A stretch of DNA of 64,000 nucleotides from Eutreptiella sp. 'Long Island Sound 2002' (GCA_964036045.1 OZ038378.1:58156001-58220000), one strand, 5' to 3'; shown: positions 49,400-62,714, counted from the first letter of the stretch. Notes: generated from the sequence alone by a model not told the origin. Made by a program: numbers and translations.

Positions 49400-51000
49400 T
49401 CTTGGCTTGCCTCTTTGTAGTCGTGCCCCGACCCCTCCTTGAACACGAATTCTAGGGACTTGGCTCTGCAACATCACATCATGGAGGAGGCGCTGTACGA
49501 GTCCAATGACCGGGTTGGTAAGTTGATTGGTGCATGGGTTGCATCCTTCGAAACCCCTAGCCCACCCCCCGCCCTCTGAGATCGTACATATGGACCTCCG
49601 TGCCCCCACTTGCAACGCCTACTTTGTGTTGGAGGGCATTGGCCACTTGCTCGCGCGGACACTTTGTACACAAGTTCGCACAATGCAGATGACGCGCCTG
49701 CTCCCCTCCTCGGCCCCTATTGACAATCTTTTGGGCCTCATACAATCCAACTCTGTTTGGAAGACCAAGGAGGCCTGCATTTAGGTCTACCCGACGCATG
49801 GTCTTTGGTGTACAACCCCCCCACCACCACCCACTATGATACAATACCCCTGCACGATTATACTACTCACCTTGAGGTTGACCATTTTTTTGTTTCTTTT
49901 CTCTTGGCATCTTGCCAAAGCCCTGATGGTGGCAGGATTTGGGTGTTCCCTCCCCGCACCCCACCATCCCACCCAAAGTCCACATCCCCGACATGACCCA
50001 CGACACGTGGTACTCGAACGTATCGCTCTGATGGTGCTCCGGTGCCTATAGCTCCTTCCTTTCCCACGAGCCGTGTATGAGTATGGAACCCCTTGTAGAC
50101 TCCTCCCCTTAGGTTTAGTTGTGACCCCAACCTTGACCTCAACAAGGTCCGCCCCACCTAGCACTCCGTGAACTTCATACGTGGCTATGGTTACATGGTG
50201 TAGCGTTCGTTGGTGGGTATGTTCGGCTATGAGGTGGGGTGGGGGAAGGTCATGAAGGCCTAGGGAAAAGGGGAGGAGAGGGTGGTGGCGAGAGAATTTG
50301 AAATTTTGTGCAACGCTAGGTTGCCTGACTAGCAAGGTAAGGGTGTCTACTTCCCCCTGCGTTGGTCGAGCAAGGCGGCATTGTGTTCGGCGGTGGGGCG
50401 GCGTTTGTTGACAAACTTATTGCCGAACTAGGGGCACAGTGTGCTGCTGCCTGCTGCGCACCTGCACGCGATGACGCCGGGGGCAGCCATTGTGGCTTGT
50501 GTCCAAGATGCTCCTGAACTTGAACACACCGACGTCTCCACGCATCCATGAGTACTCCCCCATTCGGAGAAGGACATATTGGGATGCCAGTTGAGCACTT
50601 TCTTTTGTCTTTCACTGGGGTATGAGGTGGAGGTGTATGCACGAACGGCTACGGGGGGGTCCGGAATGGTGGGACACCATTGACTTGCGGACGGGCGGCA
50701 TGCCTCTCATGTTATTCATCTGCACGCACTACGGGTCCCGTGTAGTTAAGGGGACCAAAATTGTCTTCAAGGTGCCTTCTTTACCCTTTGCACCCTAAAC
50801 CCCAAGCACCGTTGCCAGTGGCACAGCTCCAACAACCTCGACCACATCCCCCCCTACGGTGCCATTGAGTTCGCAGCGGACTTGGGCCTTTTGGTCCTTC
50901 CTTGTGTGGGAGGGCTACTGTGTGTTGAGAAGGGGACCATCGCAAGTGTGGGCTTGTGGTCGGGGAAGGCAGCCTAGGCCATGTTGGGCAACGCCAGTGC
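49400..51000 (+). mobile_element. Decayed non-LTR retrotransposon remnant, probably related to 11560-12895
   Basis: Broken frames include LVYNPPTTTHYDTIPLHDY and a VYFP...GGGAAF RNase H-like segment. Confidence 0.3.
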
Positions 51001-52632
51001 TCTAACCCCTCCCCGCCAACATGGGGTTCTGTGTGGCCTTCACTTCACGTGCGCCGCACGCGCAGGTGATGTACGCTACGGAGCACTCTATGGTTCTTTT
51101 AATTTCAGGGTGTCCGCCATGTGGAGCTTGTGAAGGATGCGGTGCTGGAAGCCATCACCCCCATCCAATTTGCCATTGTCTGGGTGACACCGTAAGCGAA
51201 GCCAGGTTCGATCTGGCACCTCATCAATGCATGTGCCGCCCCGGAAGAAACCCAAGCAGGGCAAGAGTGGCAGCCAGAAACGGATATGGCCGTGTGACTC
51301 CTAGGTGTGCCTCTTATGCTGTGCAAGGTTTTTAATTCAACTTTTGTAATCTAACTTTGTAAACGTGCTTTTTATTCTTTTAGACGTATCATGATTGATC
51401 AAAATTCCACCTTTTTAAATTAAGTCTAGAGTTGAATGACAATTTTCGATTTGTTGGGAAAAACAACAAATGGATATCTTTAAATTTTGCTTTTGTCTAG
51501 TATTTTAAGATGAGTAGATTATATTCCTCGGATCCGCTTTCTTGGAGGAAATCTCCAAACAATTTTTATTTTTGCAAAGACGCATATTTGAATCTTTTCT
51601 TGTTGGAGATGTTAAAAAAGTCCCCAGGATGCCGAAGTAAATGATTTATTCAAATTCTACTCCGTTTTATTATTTCGGGAGGTTTCTCAAGTTCACTTCA
51701 ATGGAAGGAGTGCGGGGATAGATGGAAAAACTTCTTTGCGAAAGGTTTATCTAAGTATTTGACCGCCCCCTTGCTCGGGGCTGCCTGCCGCCACTTTGAG
51801 GGTTTATGGGTGCCTGGTTTGGGTGGGGAGCGAGTGTGTCCCGTGTGTGTGTGTGTGTGTGTGTGTGCGGGCTCTCGAAATTAGCGCGTCTCTTCTTCGA
51901 CGGAGGCCACTAATTTTGTGTAGGGTGTGCTCGCGCTGTTGGCTTCCAAAGGGTCATCACTTTGTGGTGACCCCTGCCATCACACAAGTCTGCCGGGTCT
52001 CACCTACCGCAGATTCCACAGAACAGCGGAAGAATGCTGCTTCATGGGGCGTCACACACCAGGCTACCTGGCACGCTTACCCATGCTCCAGCGATGTTCA
52101 CAACACAGCCCGCCGCCATGCTTGTGGTCCATGGTAACTAGGCGGGGCGTACGCCACTCGTTTGCGCCTGTGCCCTGCGGTGGCGCAATCGCGCAGTGTG
52201 GGGAGCCTGTTGTTTGCGTGTGGCTGTGGTTTATAGGGCCTGCGGGACTTTTCCGTCCCCCATGACTGGAAATAGGTCTTTGGCAAAGGTACTGATGCAG
52301 CCCCCTTGGGCCATAATCTGTGTGTCCGCCGCCGGCCTGAGGCTTGTGTTCAGACTGCCGGTGAGGGCGCGTTGCAGGAGAGCCTCTTCCACCTCCTGCG
52401 GGGTTTTGCGTGCTCCGTACACATACGGCCGCTATGTAGCTGGGCGTGTTTGCGAGCGCGTAATCCATGTGGCTTTGTCGTACTACGTGAGCGTGCGAAG
52501 GTAGTGTATCATCATTTAAGTGCAGGTACAATAGGGCCTCCTATTCATGCCACACACTGCTTGACCGCCCAGTGGGATCAGTGCTCCGCCCCTTGTCATA
52601 TGAGTCACAGGGTGCCGACAACCCTTTTTGAC

Positions 52633-52911
52633 CTATTTTTCTAAGTGTTTGAGGGCGAGCCGGAGCACGCGTGCTTGCTCCTGTAATGATAGCGAGTGGC
52701 CCCGAAACCTTGCCTGGGGGGTTGCTGGTAGTGTTCTCTCAGAAATTTCCTCAAAATCGAGGGCCAATTCTAAAAAGGTGATTGTGCCTCGTTCGTCCGG
52801 CCAGCGCAACGCTCTGAGCCATCGGAGAAGATTGGTCATGAAGGTGAGTTCCCATGGCCAATTGTGGCCTGTTTGTGTGTGCCCTCTTCCCTTCCCTCCC
52901 AGCCTCGACAT
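52633..52911 (-). pseudogene. Possible retrotransposon ORF fragment
   Basis: Protein-like ORF WPWELTFMTNLLRWLRALRWPDERGTITFLELALDFEE. The retroelement assignment is from recollection and is not verified. Confidence 0.3.
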
Positions 52912-53174
52912 TGTATGTTGTGTGTTGCAGTGTTTGTATGCCTATGCCGAATTGTATGTCTGTTAGGGGAGGGGGGGGGGTACATATGTGTATGCATGCA
53001 TCAAGTGTGTTGGTTGCTATGAGTGTATATGTCATGCACCCCACCCCCCCGACGCAAGTTCATTATTTGTGTTTTGTATTGTACCCATTCTACGAGTCCA
53101 GACTAGAACGATTGGAGTTCTACCCTGATATTTTCTAGGCTAGAACGTCTATCCACTCTACACCAGTCTACAGC

Positions 53175-53380
53175 CCATGCGATGAATCGTAGGCGGGTCT
53201 ACACCCATCAGGGATTCATCGCATCCACTCTAGACCAATGTAGAACCCATGCGATGAATCCTAGGAGGGTGTACAGTCCCCAAGGATTCATCGCATCCAC
53301 GCTAGACCAACGTGGAACCCACACAATCAATCCTTGGGTCTACACCCATCTGGGATTCATCGCATCCACTCTGGACTAGT
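53175..53380. repeat. 72-bp tandem repeat, about 3 copies, each with an internal hairpin
   Basis: TGCGATGAATC-24 nt-GATTCATCGCA in units starting at about 53175 and 53247; the third unit is degenerate. Confidence 0.85.
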
Positions 53381-53649
53381 GTACAGCTTGTTTCAAAATG
53401 AGCCTACGGGTGTTTCACTCTCCGAAATCCAAACCAAATTCCACAAACCGGAATCAAAGGAAGGCAGGGGCCATTGCGATGCGAATTATTGAATTCTGAG
53501 TGGCAGTTGAAAGCTTTTTCGAATGAAGGCCCTCATCACCAAATCTTAGTTCTTAGATACAAAGAATGTATCCGGCAGCCAAATCACAAGGAAATAGATA
53601 ATAAATGAATGCACAATTCAGAAAAAAATGTCAAAAAACTTGGGCAGAA

Positions 53650-54860
53650 AGTGTGCGCTTGCGCCAGTGAGGGAAAATGCGATTAAGATGAGGCAGCGGC
53701 CATTATTGTGGCAAAAAGTCGGAAGTTGGCAACTGACGTAAGGCTCTGGCGAATTTTGGTAGTGATTCTGGATCAGGCTATGGGTACAACGCCGTGGTGT
53801 GGTGCCCTGAGAGCAAATGAAGGAGCCGGGATGGCCAAATTCCCTGGGGCTGGATGCCGAGGCCCCTGGCGCACACGATTGGCCTACGACAGACGGGCAG
53901 ACAAAGGTAGCATGACAAGTTCGTGATGTGGGTTGCGGTGTAGAGGTTTCCTGTGCCAGGGGATGGGGGGTGTGGAAACCCAGATACCTCTGGGGTAACC
54001 CCAAAAGGCCACCGCCCCTGCAGACGTTCCGAGGCCAAAAGAAAATTGCCTTCATGGCTGTAGAGCCAGAGGAAGCGGATGATTTCTCCCACCACCCAGC
54101 CCACCTTGGCAGATCTAGGTGTGTTGGACACCCAGGGGATGTAGGTGCAAGTGTTGGTAGCCTTGAAATAGACCCTTGTGCGAATGGAAGAGATGGAAAT
54201 TAGGAAGAGCTCCATGAACAGTATGTTACTCTTTTGCATAACCTGCTCATAACCGAATCTAAGGTTCCCATATGTGTCTTGCAGTGCACTCCTAAGTTCT
54301 GGTTCAGATTCCCAGGGATGGATCAGGACCACATCATCAATGAAGCTGGAGACATGCATCGGCTGGTTACCCTATTTGACCGGATACTGGATCTCTTTGG
54401 CACACAGGGACATATTCGCCCAGCTGGGCGCGCAGTTTGTGCCCATGGCCTAGCCACTGGTCTGGAGGTAGATACCTGCGCCCGGGTTGAGGAACACACA
54501 GTGGTGGTAGGTGGTGTTGAACAGGATTTTTCCCAGAGTCATGTTGTCTCCGTAGGTCATGTCCAAGGGGAACATCGGAGCAAATGCTCCAAAAGTATCC
54601 TCAGACAGGGGGCCTTTCAGGAATTGAAGTTTTGCCCCCTTTGGTCCGGGTACTTTCAACTACTGTCCCAAAAAGGTGAACTCCTTCCTCTTCTCCGCGC
54701 ATGCATTCCCAATTTCCCTCTAAGAGCGGTTCCTCTCCGAACAACAAGGTCCTTGAAAAACTCGGTTTCCGTGCCCACACAATTGAACAAAGAATTGATT
54801 TTGAATGTGATATGACATTGTTTCATTTCCATTCTATCACCAATTCTCCCCAAGAAAAAA
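53650..54860 (-). pseudogene. Penelope-like element reverse transcriptase core and thumb
   Basis: ITFKINSLFN (degenerate motif A), YLQTSGLAMGTNCAPSWANM (motif B), SSFIDDVV (motif C), thumb VYFKATNTCTYIPWVSNTP...GWVVGEIIRF, then LLGYP. Confidence 0.8.
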
Positions 54861-54865
54861 GGGGT

Positions 54866-54866
54866 T

Positions 54867-54902
<36 letters not shown>
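54866..54902 (+). repeat. (CT)n microsatellite at the junction of the two oppositely oriented PLE segments
   Basis: Seen directly. Confidence 0.95.
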
Positions 54903-54904
<2 letters not shown>

Positions 54905-54906
<2 letters not shown>

Positions 54907-55170
54907 CAAAATTGAAGATTTCATGAAAAATCATGTTCTTGTCCAAGGAGATAAAGATGGAGCATTTGTGATCATGAGTACAAGCACGTACCAAGCGGAA
55001 AACACACACCACATGAAACATACAAAGGGTGGCAAACCGGTGTATGCTAAGCTAGGACCGTGTGACCATGCCGACCTATGCGAATCCAAAGCGCCAGCGT
55101 GGCATCGGCACCTTCAAGCATTGATCACGAATTACTTGCATGATGAATCACTTTCCAAAACTATGAATTC
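54905..55170 (+). pseudogene. N-terminal segment of a Penelope-like RT in opposite orientation
   Basis: HVLVQGDKDGAFVIMSTSTYQ matches the PLE i.paDKg...Vim....Y motif. Confidence 0.65.
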
Positions 55171-56600
55171 TCGTACTGCAATAGTGTCCTTGAACTGGAG
55201 TCTTTTTTCTTTTATGGGAGTGGAAATGTGGAACTCATGTATGTTTGCTTGATTTTGTCAAGTGACTAGAACATTTGCAGCTCAAGACAAGACGGATTGT
55301 GCCATTTCTGATTGATATGAAGACTTTTTATGCATTGTTGAAGATGTCTTACGGAGCTAGCGATGCCCCCTGGCACGTAGACTAGATTCTCTTGGGAAAC
55401 CCATTAATTAGTGGAGTCTGGCACCCATACAAGTACTGTACGGGAATGACCTACAAAGCATTGGTACCAATCGTTAAATTTCTTGAGCAAGGTTTAGACC
55501 TGAAGCTCGGGGTTGGGGTGGCACTTAAAGTGAAGCTGCGTCATATGGTGAAAACAATTGTTGGGCCGATGCTTGCCCATGCTGCCAACAAAACTCGGTT
55601 GGATAGTGCACCACAGGTACTCATGGACAATTATAGGAATGCTGACTGATGTGCAAAGGGTTGGTCTCAGATGCCTCCTGGGACTGAAAGCCCTATTGTA
55701 ATCCTATTGTCCAGCACTGCTTGCCCTGGGTGTTCTTGTTGGTGAGTGTAATTAGAATGGTCGGACAGCCTCTTACACCTGTGCTGCAAAAAAATATGCT
55801 GCAATGAGTGCCGCTTTGCTGAGGCACATAATACCTTTTGACAACTCGCTGACTATTGAATACCTACATACAATTACTGTGGCAAGATTGTTAATTCTAG
55901 TGTGACGCGCACAGCCGGGCACTTGGCTTTGTATTTTTTGAAGAGTATGGCAAAGCAATGTTGAGCCGCCTACTCATGAGGTCGGAAGAGGTTCGCAATA
56001 TGCACTCGGATATTTTCTTACCGCTCCCACCCACACTATCGAGAAAGAAAATTGTGCCGGTGTCCTGACTGAGAAGTCCGTCGACAAGTACACCAAGAAT
56101 GTTTGCCTGTGCATCCAGAAGGTATCACATGGCTGGTTCCCTGTTCACATTTTCCTAGAGGACAGATATGTGGGCAAACGCCTTGATGAACCCCTTGCCA
56201 CGTAGGGACTTGCAAAGCACGCTTTGCTGTGTGGCCCCTTAAGTTGGGGTTAAGGACTTGCAATCCATGCTTTGTTGCGTGTGCGAGGAGTGTTGTCCCA
56301 TACTAAGGTTCAAGAGCCCGACTTTGCCAGATTGGTTAGATGTTGCCTCAACTGTCTCATAGCACGGACACGACAACCAAATCGTGTGGAGGATTTTCTT
56401 AACACCTATGCTCAAAAGCGTCACAATGTGGATCACAAGCAACACAGTGTTTAGTACCATTACATTAACACATCAGGTGCCCATGTCCCAAAAGCTCAAG
56501 CGAAGCAAGCCCGTGCGCAGCATGCCCACCCCCCCCCCCCCACCAGCCCCCCCCCTGCCCCCCCCCCCCCCCGGCCTCGTGACCTAGCACCAGTATAAAA
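55170..56600 (+). pseudogene. Third copy (fragment) of the A/B-family transposase
   Basis: VSLNWS, IVPFLIDMKTFYALLKMSYG, GNPLISGVWHPYKY, FFEEYGKAMLSRL and NRVEDFLNT align with elements A and B. Confidence 0.7.
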
Positions 56601-59229
56601 ACACTCCAGAAAGATGGTAGGTCAGCGGCACGGATCCCATGTGCACTGCCACCGCCAGAGGGCAAGGGACAGGGTGGCGCACTAGGCGGTAGCCTTGTCC
56701 CACGAGAGACAAGACCAAACAAGACAGGGCAGGGCCAGGGACTGGCGCCCACTTTGTTGTGCCTCGCACATGTGGCAGTCAAGCGCTCCGACGGACCAGC
56801 GATTAGAGTTTGAGACCCTGGTTCCATGGCGTTGTTCCGGCATTGCGACACGAGGGTGGACTCAAGGAGCAAGCATGCGGTGGAGAATAGTGGAGATCAA
56901 TCGTACAGGAGTAAAGGCCGTGGTGCACGTCTAGCCGCTGTAGCAAGGTTGCACTGTGCATCCTTGCGGCTGTTGAGCTATGGCCGGCTACATGCAGGGG
57001 GGTAGGCGGCCGACAACGGGACTAGCGGGACGGAGGAGAGAGGACAAAGTAGTGCTAGCGGAAGGGCGGCCATTGTGATCAATACGGGTGTAGAGAGCAA
57101 GAGAGAGGGGCTAGAGGTAAGAGGCTGTGACCGTACATCAATATTTGCCAAGATGGAGCGGCTCCTAGTGAGCAAGGGAGGGCACAGTGCAGACTGAGCA
57201 CAACACCACAATTCCTTTGTGCAGAACGACAGTGACACAATGGCACAACCCCCCCATCTGCAACATGATGCCGGGAGCCGTGTGTGACGGCCACAGAGTG
57301 GACGTGGGGCCGCTCCGCCAAGAGGTACAATGGAACCACGTGAGCGTGATGCACGTCATCCGCATCGATGATGTCTATATGACGCCGGACGCTGAATTAG
57401 CGGGAGTCGTGGACGGGGCAGGCACCAGGTGGATGGACTGCTGCGTGTACGGCGATGTGACGCCGACCTTGGGAGGATTCCCTGCAGCATTCACGATGCA
57501 AGACAAGCTCCTATCGGTGCCGCTCGCGATGAGGATACTCTCGGACACACAAAAGGCGGCGATACCCGCGGTATCAGGCACGGAGAGTGCCCACATCCAG
57601 TCGGCCAAGGACGCAAGATGTGAGCTCCAGGCGTACATGACGGCCGACCCCCAGAGGTGGCAGTCAAAGGCCACATGGCAAACACCCTGCCCCCACAAGC
57701 CGACCTCTTCAAGAACAAGCAAGTAACCACCTATTTTTGTGACGCCCATTGGGAACATATTGCACTTCATTTTTCCTTTGCTGAAAGGGGTCTTGACCCT
57801 CATGCGGGAAACTTGGCTCTTTAATGCTCATTTTTCTACATGCCATTTCCACATACCTATTTGTGTCATTACACTTCTTTGTGTGTATCCACCCAATTAC
57901 ATGGTGCAATTTGCAAGTTTTTTTTTTTGCGCCGAGGACTTGGATTTTGTGTCGTTGATGCCTACCTTGTCCAATGTCTCTTGTGATTCTCCGGTGTCGC
58001 CAACTTTTTTTCCTATATAGTTTGGGGTCCCAAAAATAGTAGGAGTTATGGAACCTTCCTTTGCCCATTAATTTTAGGAGCAAGGTTTGTGCAGCGTGAG
58101 GAGGTGCAATTTGAGGAAAGTTTCAAGGAACACCATCGGTGAGCATTCCACTACCAAGATATTTCAAGGGAGGAGGTGGCACAGCCCCTTTGGCACCCTC
58201 CTTTGTCCTCCCACCACCCTTACACGCATCGATGATGCAAGGAATGAAGGGTGAAGAAAAGTGAAGGGTAAAAAAAACAGTGCCTCCACTTTGCGGCCAT
58301 TGGTGTGCCTCGCAAGCACACCCGGCACACCATTCCAAGGGAAATGAGCAAGTTCTAGAGGTTGGTGGACAAGGAGATTGTGTTTGAGCTTGATCAAGTG
58401 ATCCTCTACATGGAAATTGGTGACACATGCGCATGCCGTATTGTTGTCCCATCTGTTAGAGTCTTGCACGAGAAGATGCAAGAGGTTGAACCCGCCTTGC
58501 CACCAAGCAATATGGCTTGGAGCCATCACCATATTTTTGTGCTTAGCAAGGATGATTGAGTGCGGTTGCAATGGTTTGTTTTTCGTATTGATCCTCCTTT
58601 TGGGTTCCTTCCCAACGGGGTTTGGGAGCCCTTGAGCTCTATTGCATTCATCTGCAACTTTGTGGTGGCGCCCAAATGCACCAACCACTTGTCCTTGGGC
58701 TTCCAAGCTGACATTGACGGTTTGCCATGTGGTTGTGAGAGCGTGCACGTCTCAAGTTAAGTGGTTGAATATCAGGGTTTTTTTGAGGATGTTCCCCTCA
58801 CGCAGATGACTGTAAGCTATGTGAAGCACATATTGAGCGTGGTCAATGTCAATGTCTTTGGACGGCTCACAGGGGGTCGTGTGACAATCTTGAGGGGGTG
58901 ACTCTTAATGAATGTCTAGATACCCTGTTTCAACTCCATGTTGTCTTTAGGCAACCACTTCTTCACGGGTGGTGAAGGGGTGGTAGGTATAAGACTCCAC
59001 ATGTCCGCTCCTATATTTACTGCCTTGTTGCCTTTAGGCAACCACCACGGCTACGGTGCCATTGTAGTGGACACGGGGAGGACGTCTCCTCGGTTCTGGT
59101 ACGCGACCCCCCCCCCCCTCCCTGCCCTCCGGGCCCACTTAGTTGCCAAGGGTCAACAGCTACTAGCCATACATATGGTGGCGCCAAAGGCGCCCAAAAA
59201 TATTTTCTTTCATTTTGTCCACTTTGCAC

Positions 59230-59355
59230 CCCAACACTATCCTTGAACCCAACCTTGACTCTAACACCCACCCCAACCCTCAGCCTACTCCTAACCCTAC
59301 CCCCAAACCTCACCCGTGACCCCAACCCTAACCCTCGCACTAACCCTAACCCTAA
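59230..59355 (+). repeat. Degenerate interstitial telomere-like (CCCTAA)n tract
   Basis: CCCCAACCCTAACCCT...TAACCCTAACCCTAA; a second tract lies at about 60510-60560. Confidence 0.7.
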
Positions 59356-61693
59356 TCAAGACTGAATATTGGGACCGAGCTGGTGGGGGAGGGAACATCA
59401 GCTATGACTGGTGAGGGACATCAAGAATGATTCACACATTGATGGCTCTTGACAAAGTGAAATCAGCTTGCAAGTGAACCCCATCACCACGAGGCCCACT
59501 TTCAAGACTTTTTGGACTTCTGAGGGGCCAAAATGCCCCAAAATGGGCTCAAAATGGGCTCATTTCACCCGTTTGTGCACCCCATATGGTCTAGGATGAG
59601 GTTTGGAAAAATGCGTTTTTGACCCATTTTTGACCCATTTTTGGTCCCAAAACAGCTCATTTTCAAGGCATTTTGGGATGTTCGGAGGACCAAAATGGGC
59701 CACCACAAGCTCAAAACGGTCCAAAAACACTTGTTTTAGCATCGCACATGGTCTGGGATCATTTTTGAGAAAAGTCATCTTTTTGCCCCTACTGGACCCT
59801 GTTGACCCATTTGGGCACCCACATGTTTGGGCTTGAGCTTGCAGCTTGCCGCAGCCTAGTGGGCCTAGGTATTGGGGTCTAGGCGTCCTTTGAGGCAATT
59901 CTGAGGGGTGGAAACCACAAAAAGTGGGGGGTTGTGGGTGGAGTAGGTGCCCTGGGAATCGCATTTTGAGCCATGTGGCCAAAGATATGGCCTATTCTTG
60001 GTTTGTGGCTGTCGGCATTTGGAGCTTCTGGGGGCCTTTTTGGGCCGTTTCCGGGACATATCATGGAGTCAGAGGGCCGCAAAGAGCTCGTTGACATGGG
60101 GAAGTCAAGCCACATGTGCAGTGTACCCACCGTTTCCCTTCGTTTGGCCGTTTTGAATGTGTTCCAGGGCTTTTTTGGCCCAAAAATGGCTGTTTTTGGC
60201 CCTAAACTGCAGCTTTTGAAACTGAGGTCCGCCACTTGCGAATCCCGTTCCCGGCCGCCACCGTTGAGTTTCTTGCTCAAACTTTGTGTGATTGTACTTC
60301 ACACCCATAGGTATCATCCACCAAAATTTCATCTGAATCTGAAGCACCACGACGGAGTTCTGATTTTTCCCCATTTCGCGCGTGCTGCTGCTTGCTTGCT
60401 GCTTGCTGCTTGCTGCTGCTTGCTGCTGCTGCTGCTAAACCTGGTAGGTCCACCCTAGACCCTAAAAAGGGTTATAAAACCAAGACTGGTTCCACCAGCT
60501 CGGTGACCGTAGCCCTAACCCTAACCCTAGCCCTGCCCCTAGCCCTAGCTCTCACTCTAGGCTCGGGTTAGAGTGAGTGTTGGGGTCGAAAATGGAGAGC
60601 AATGATGTGGCAAAAGCAGCCATGAATGAAATCTGGGGAACTTGTTCAGCCCAATTAACATGGCTGGCATAGCCAAACCAACTGGCTGCAAAGGTTTGGG
60701 TTAGGTTTATGGTGATGGTATGGTTAGATTGAGGGCAAGGGGAGGTAAGGGGAGCCCCCCCCCCCCCCCGCCCCCCACCCCACCACCCCAAATCGCCCCA
60801 CCTGGACACTCCCTCCCCAACCTGGACCCCCCCCCCCAAACCGACCGTCCCAACCGCCCGACCCCCCCATCGCCCCTCCCTGAACCCCCCCTCCAATGCC
60901 CCCCCCCCTTGGGGGCCTTTGGCCCACTTCTACTTGGGGGGGGGGGGTCGCGCATAAAAGCGAGGAGACATCCCCCCCGTGGTAGTGGAGTGTGTAGCCC
61001 CCGCTGTTATTGCAACCACCACTGCTAAGGTGCCAGTGTAATGGAGTGTATAATCCTGCTGTTCTTGGCCGCAGGACATTCAACTCCACTTTTTCTCGAA
61101 GCAATCATTCTTCTAGAAATGCTCAGGGGGTGGACCGTACAAACAACCCGCAGAGTGTTACCTTTGCCGAACCCTTTTAATTGGTGGTCACATAAAGGGT
61201 TTTGTGCTCTTTGCATTTGACATCCTATTGTTGAGGTTACAATGGGGTGCCGTACAGAACCAGGAAGTGTATGTATTGCAATAAAAGAATCACTCGCATT
61301 ACTGGACAAAATTTACTCACAGACTCACATAGGCGCTTTTTTGTGGGGGTGCCTGCTTTTTGAGAAATACTTGCCTTCACAAAAACATTTAGTAGTTGTG
61401 TTTACAGCCAAGAAAATTCTTGCCAAAAAAAGCCAAGAAAATACAATTTTTGGGCGGTGAGTTTGATTTACATTTTCCTCCGGCAGCAGCAATAAGAGGA
61501 GGTGTGTGTTGCTCCTGTCCTTCCAGCCTGGTAATTTGTTTCGTTTCGGCCTGAGTTGCTGCAGGTGTCCCTGCCATGTCTTTGCATTTGGATGTTGTTG
61601 TATGGCAATTTTGTAGGAGACAGTGTCGTGGGGGTATTTGTCATGGATGTTGTGTGGGTTGCGGTGTGGATGCTGGAGTTTGTTTGTTGCCAG

Positions 61694-62143
61694 GTGCACA
61701 AGGTCGATTTTGCCAATGGTAAGAAAGATACAGAGCTTCGGAAGGAGTTGAGGCGAAAAAATGAAGAGATTGCCGAGCTCAAGTCAATGCTCAGCATGGG
61801 TAAAGGAACAGTAGAGGCGGTGAAGGAGCAGAAGTATCTGGAAGCACTGAAGAAAGTCAAGCAAATGACAGTCAAACTGGAGAAGGAGAAGAACAGCAAC
61901 AACAAATTGACCAGACAGTTGGTGTCCATGGAGAAGCAGCTGCTTGACGTCCAGAACCTGAACATCCTTCCTTCTGCCGGGGCGCTGGTGAGTGAGCTGG
62001 CGAGTGTAATGCCTGGGAGTGACGAGGACATGCAGCGGCAGTTCAAAGAGGCCAAGCAGAAGGTCGAGAAGGCAAACAAAGTCATTGAGCACATGCGGCG
62101 GCAGAACCAGGACATGACTATGGAGCTGAAGCGGACCAAGCAG
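61694..62143 (+). CDS. Probable internal exon of a host coiled-coil protein (weakly CCDC13-like)
   Basis: A 450-bp phase-0 segment bounded by CAG| and |GT, with strong AAG/GAG codon bias and a heptad-rich peptide (ELRKELRRKNEEIAELK...KQMTVKLEKEKNSNNKL). Confidence 0.7.
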
Positions 62144-62714
62144 GTCCACTGTTGTCCACTCACATCCAACAACAACACACACGTCCACCTGTGTCCACCC
62201 ACTACTCTCCAGCTACGCACGCACATCCATCTTCATGCACCCGAAAGCACCCTTACCCCACGGCGTTGTCCGCCCACTGCCACCACTATCCATGCTTATT
62301 CCCCTGCATGTACCCGTCCACCCACATGACTCCCGAACTCCGTCTAATTCCACCAACGTCGACCGACATTGGCACAGTGTATTTTGTATTATACGTGTAG
62401 AGTTTTTCTTTGCGGTAAATGTGGGTAACAAAAATCGTCACACCATGGAATTTTTTTTTGCGGGAATTACGTGTCAACCTATACTCGCATTTACCGCAAA
62501 AAAAAATTCAACGGCGCTATCGCAAAAAAAAAAAGCATGACATTGCAATATTTTTGTACGCGCGTATAATGCAAAAAAAAAATTGCACGACTTGACAATT
62601 TTTTTGTACTCGCATTTACCGCAAAAAGTGATTTTATTGCTTTACCGCAAAAAAGTTGCATGACTGTATTGCAGAAAAAAGTTACACGTTTTACAAAGAA
62701 TACATACATATAGC

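Noticed and set aside
53500-53545. Minus-strand GTGATGAG...CGAAA as a PLE hammerhead ribozyme
   Set aside because: The core begins GTG rather than CTG, and stems I and II do not pair.
59520-60460. Several 60-160-aa ORFs
   Set aside because: They lie in dispersed-repeat-like sequence with no domain motifs or codon bias.
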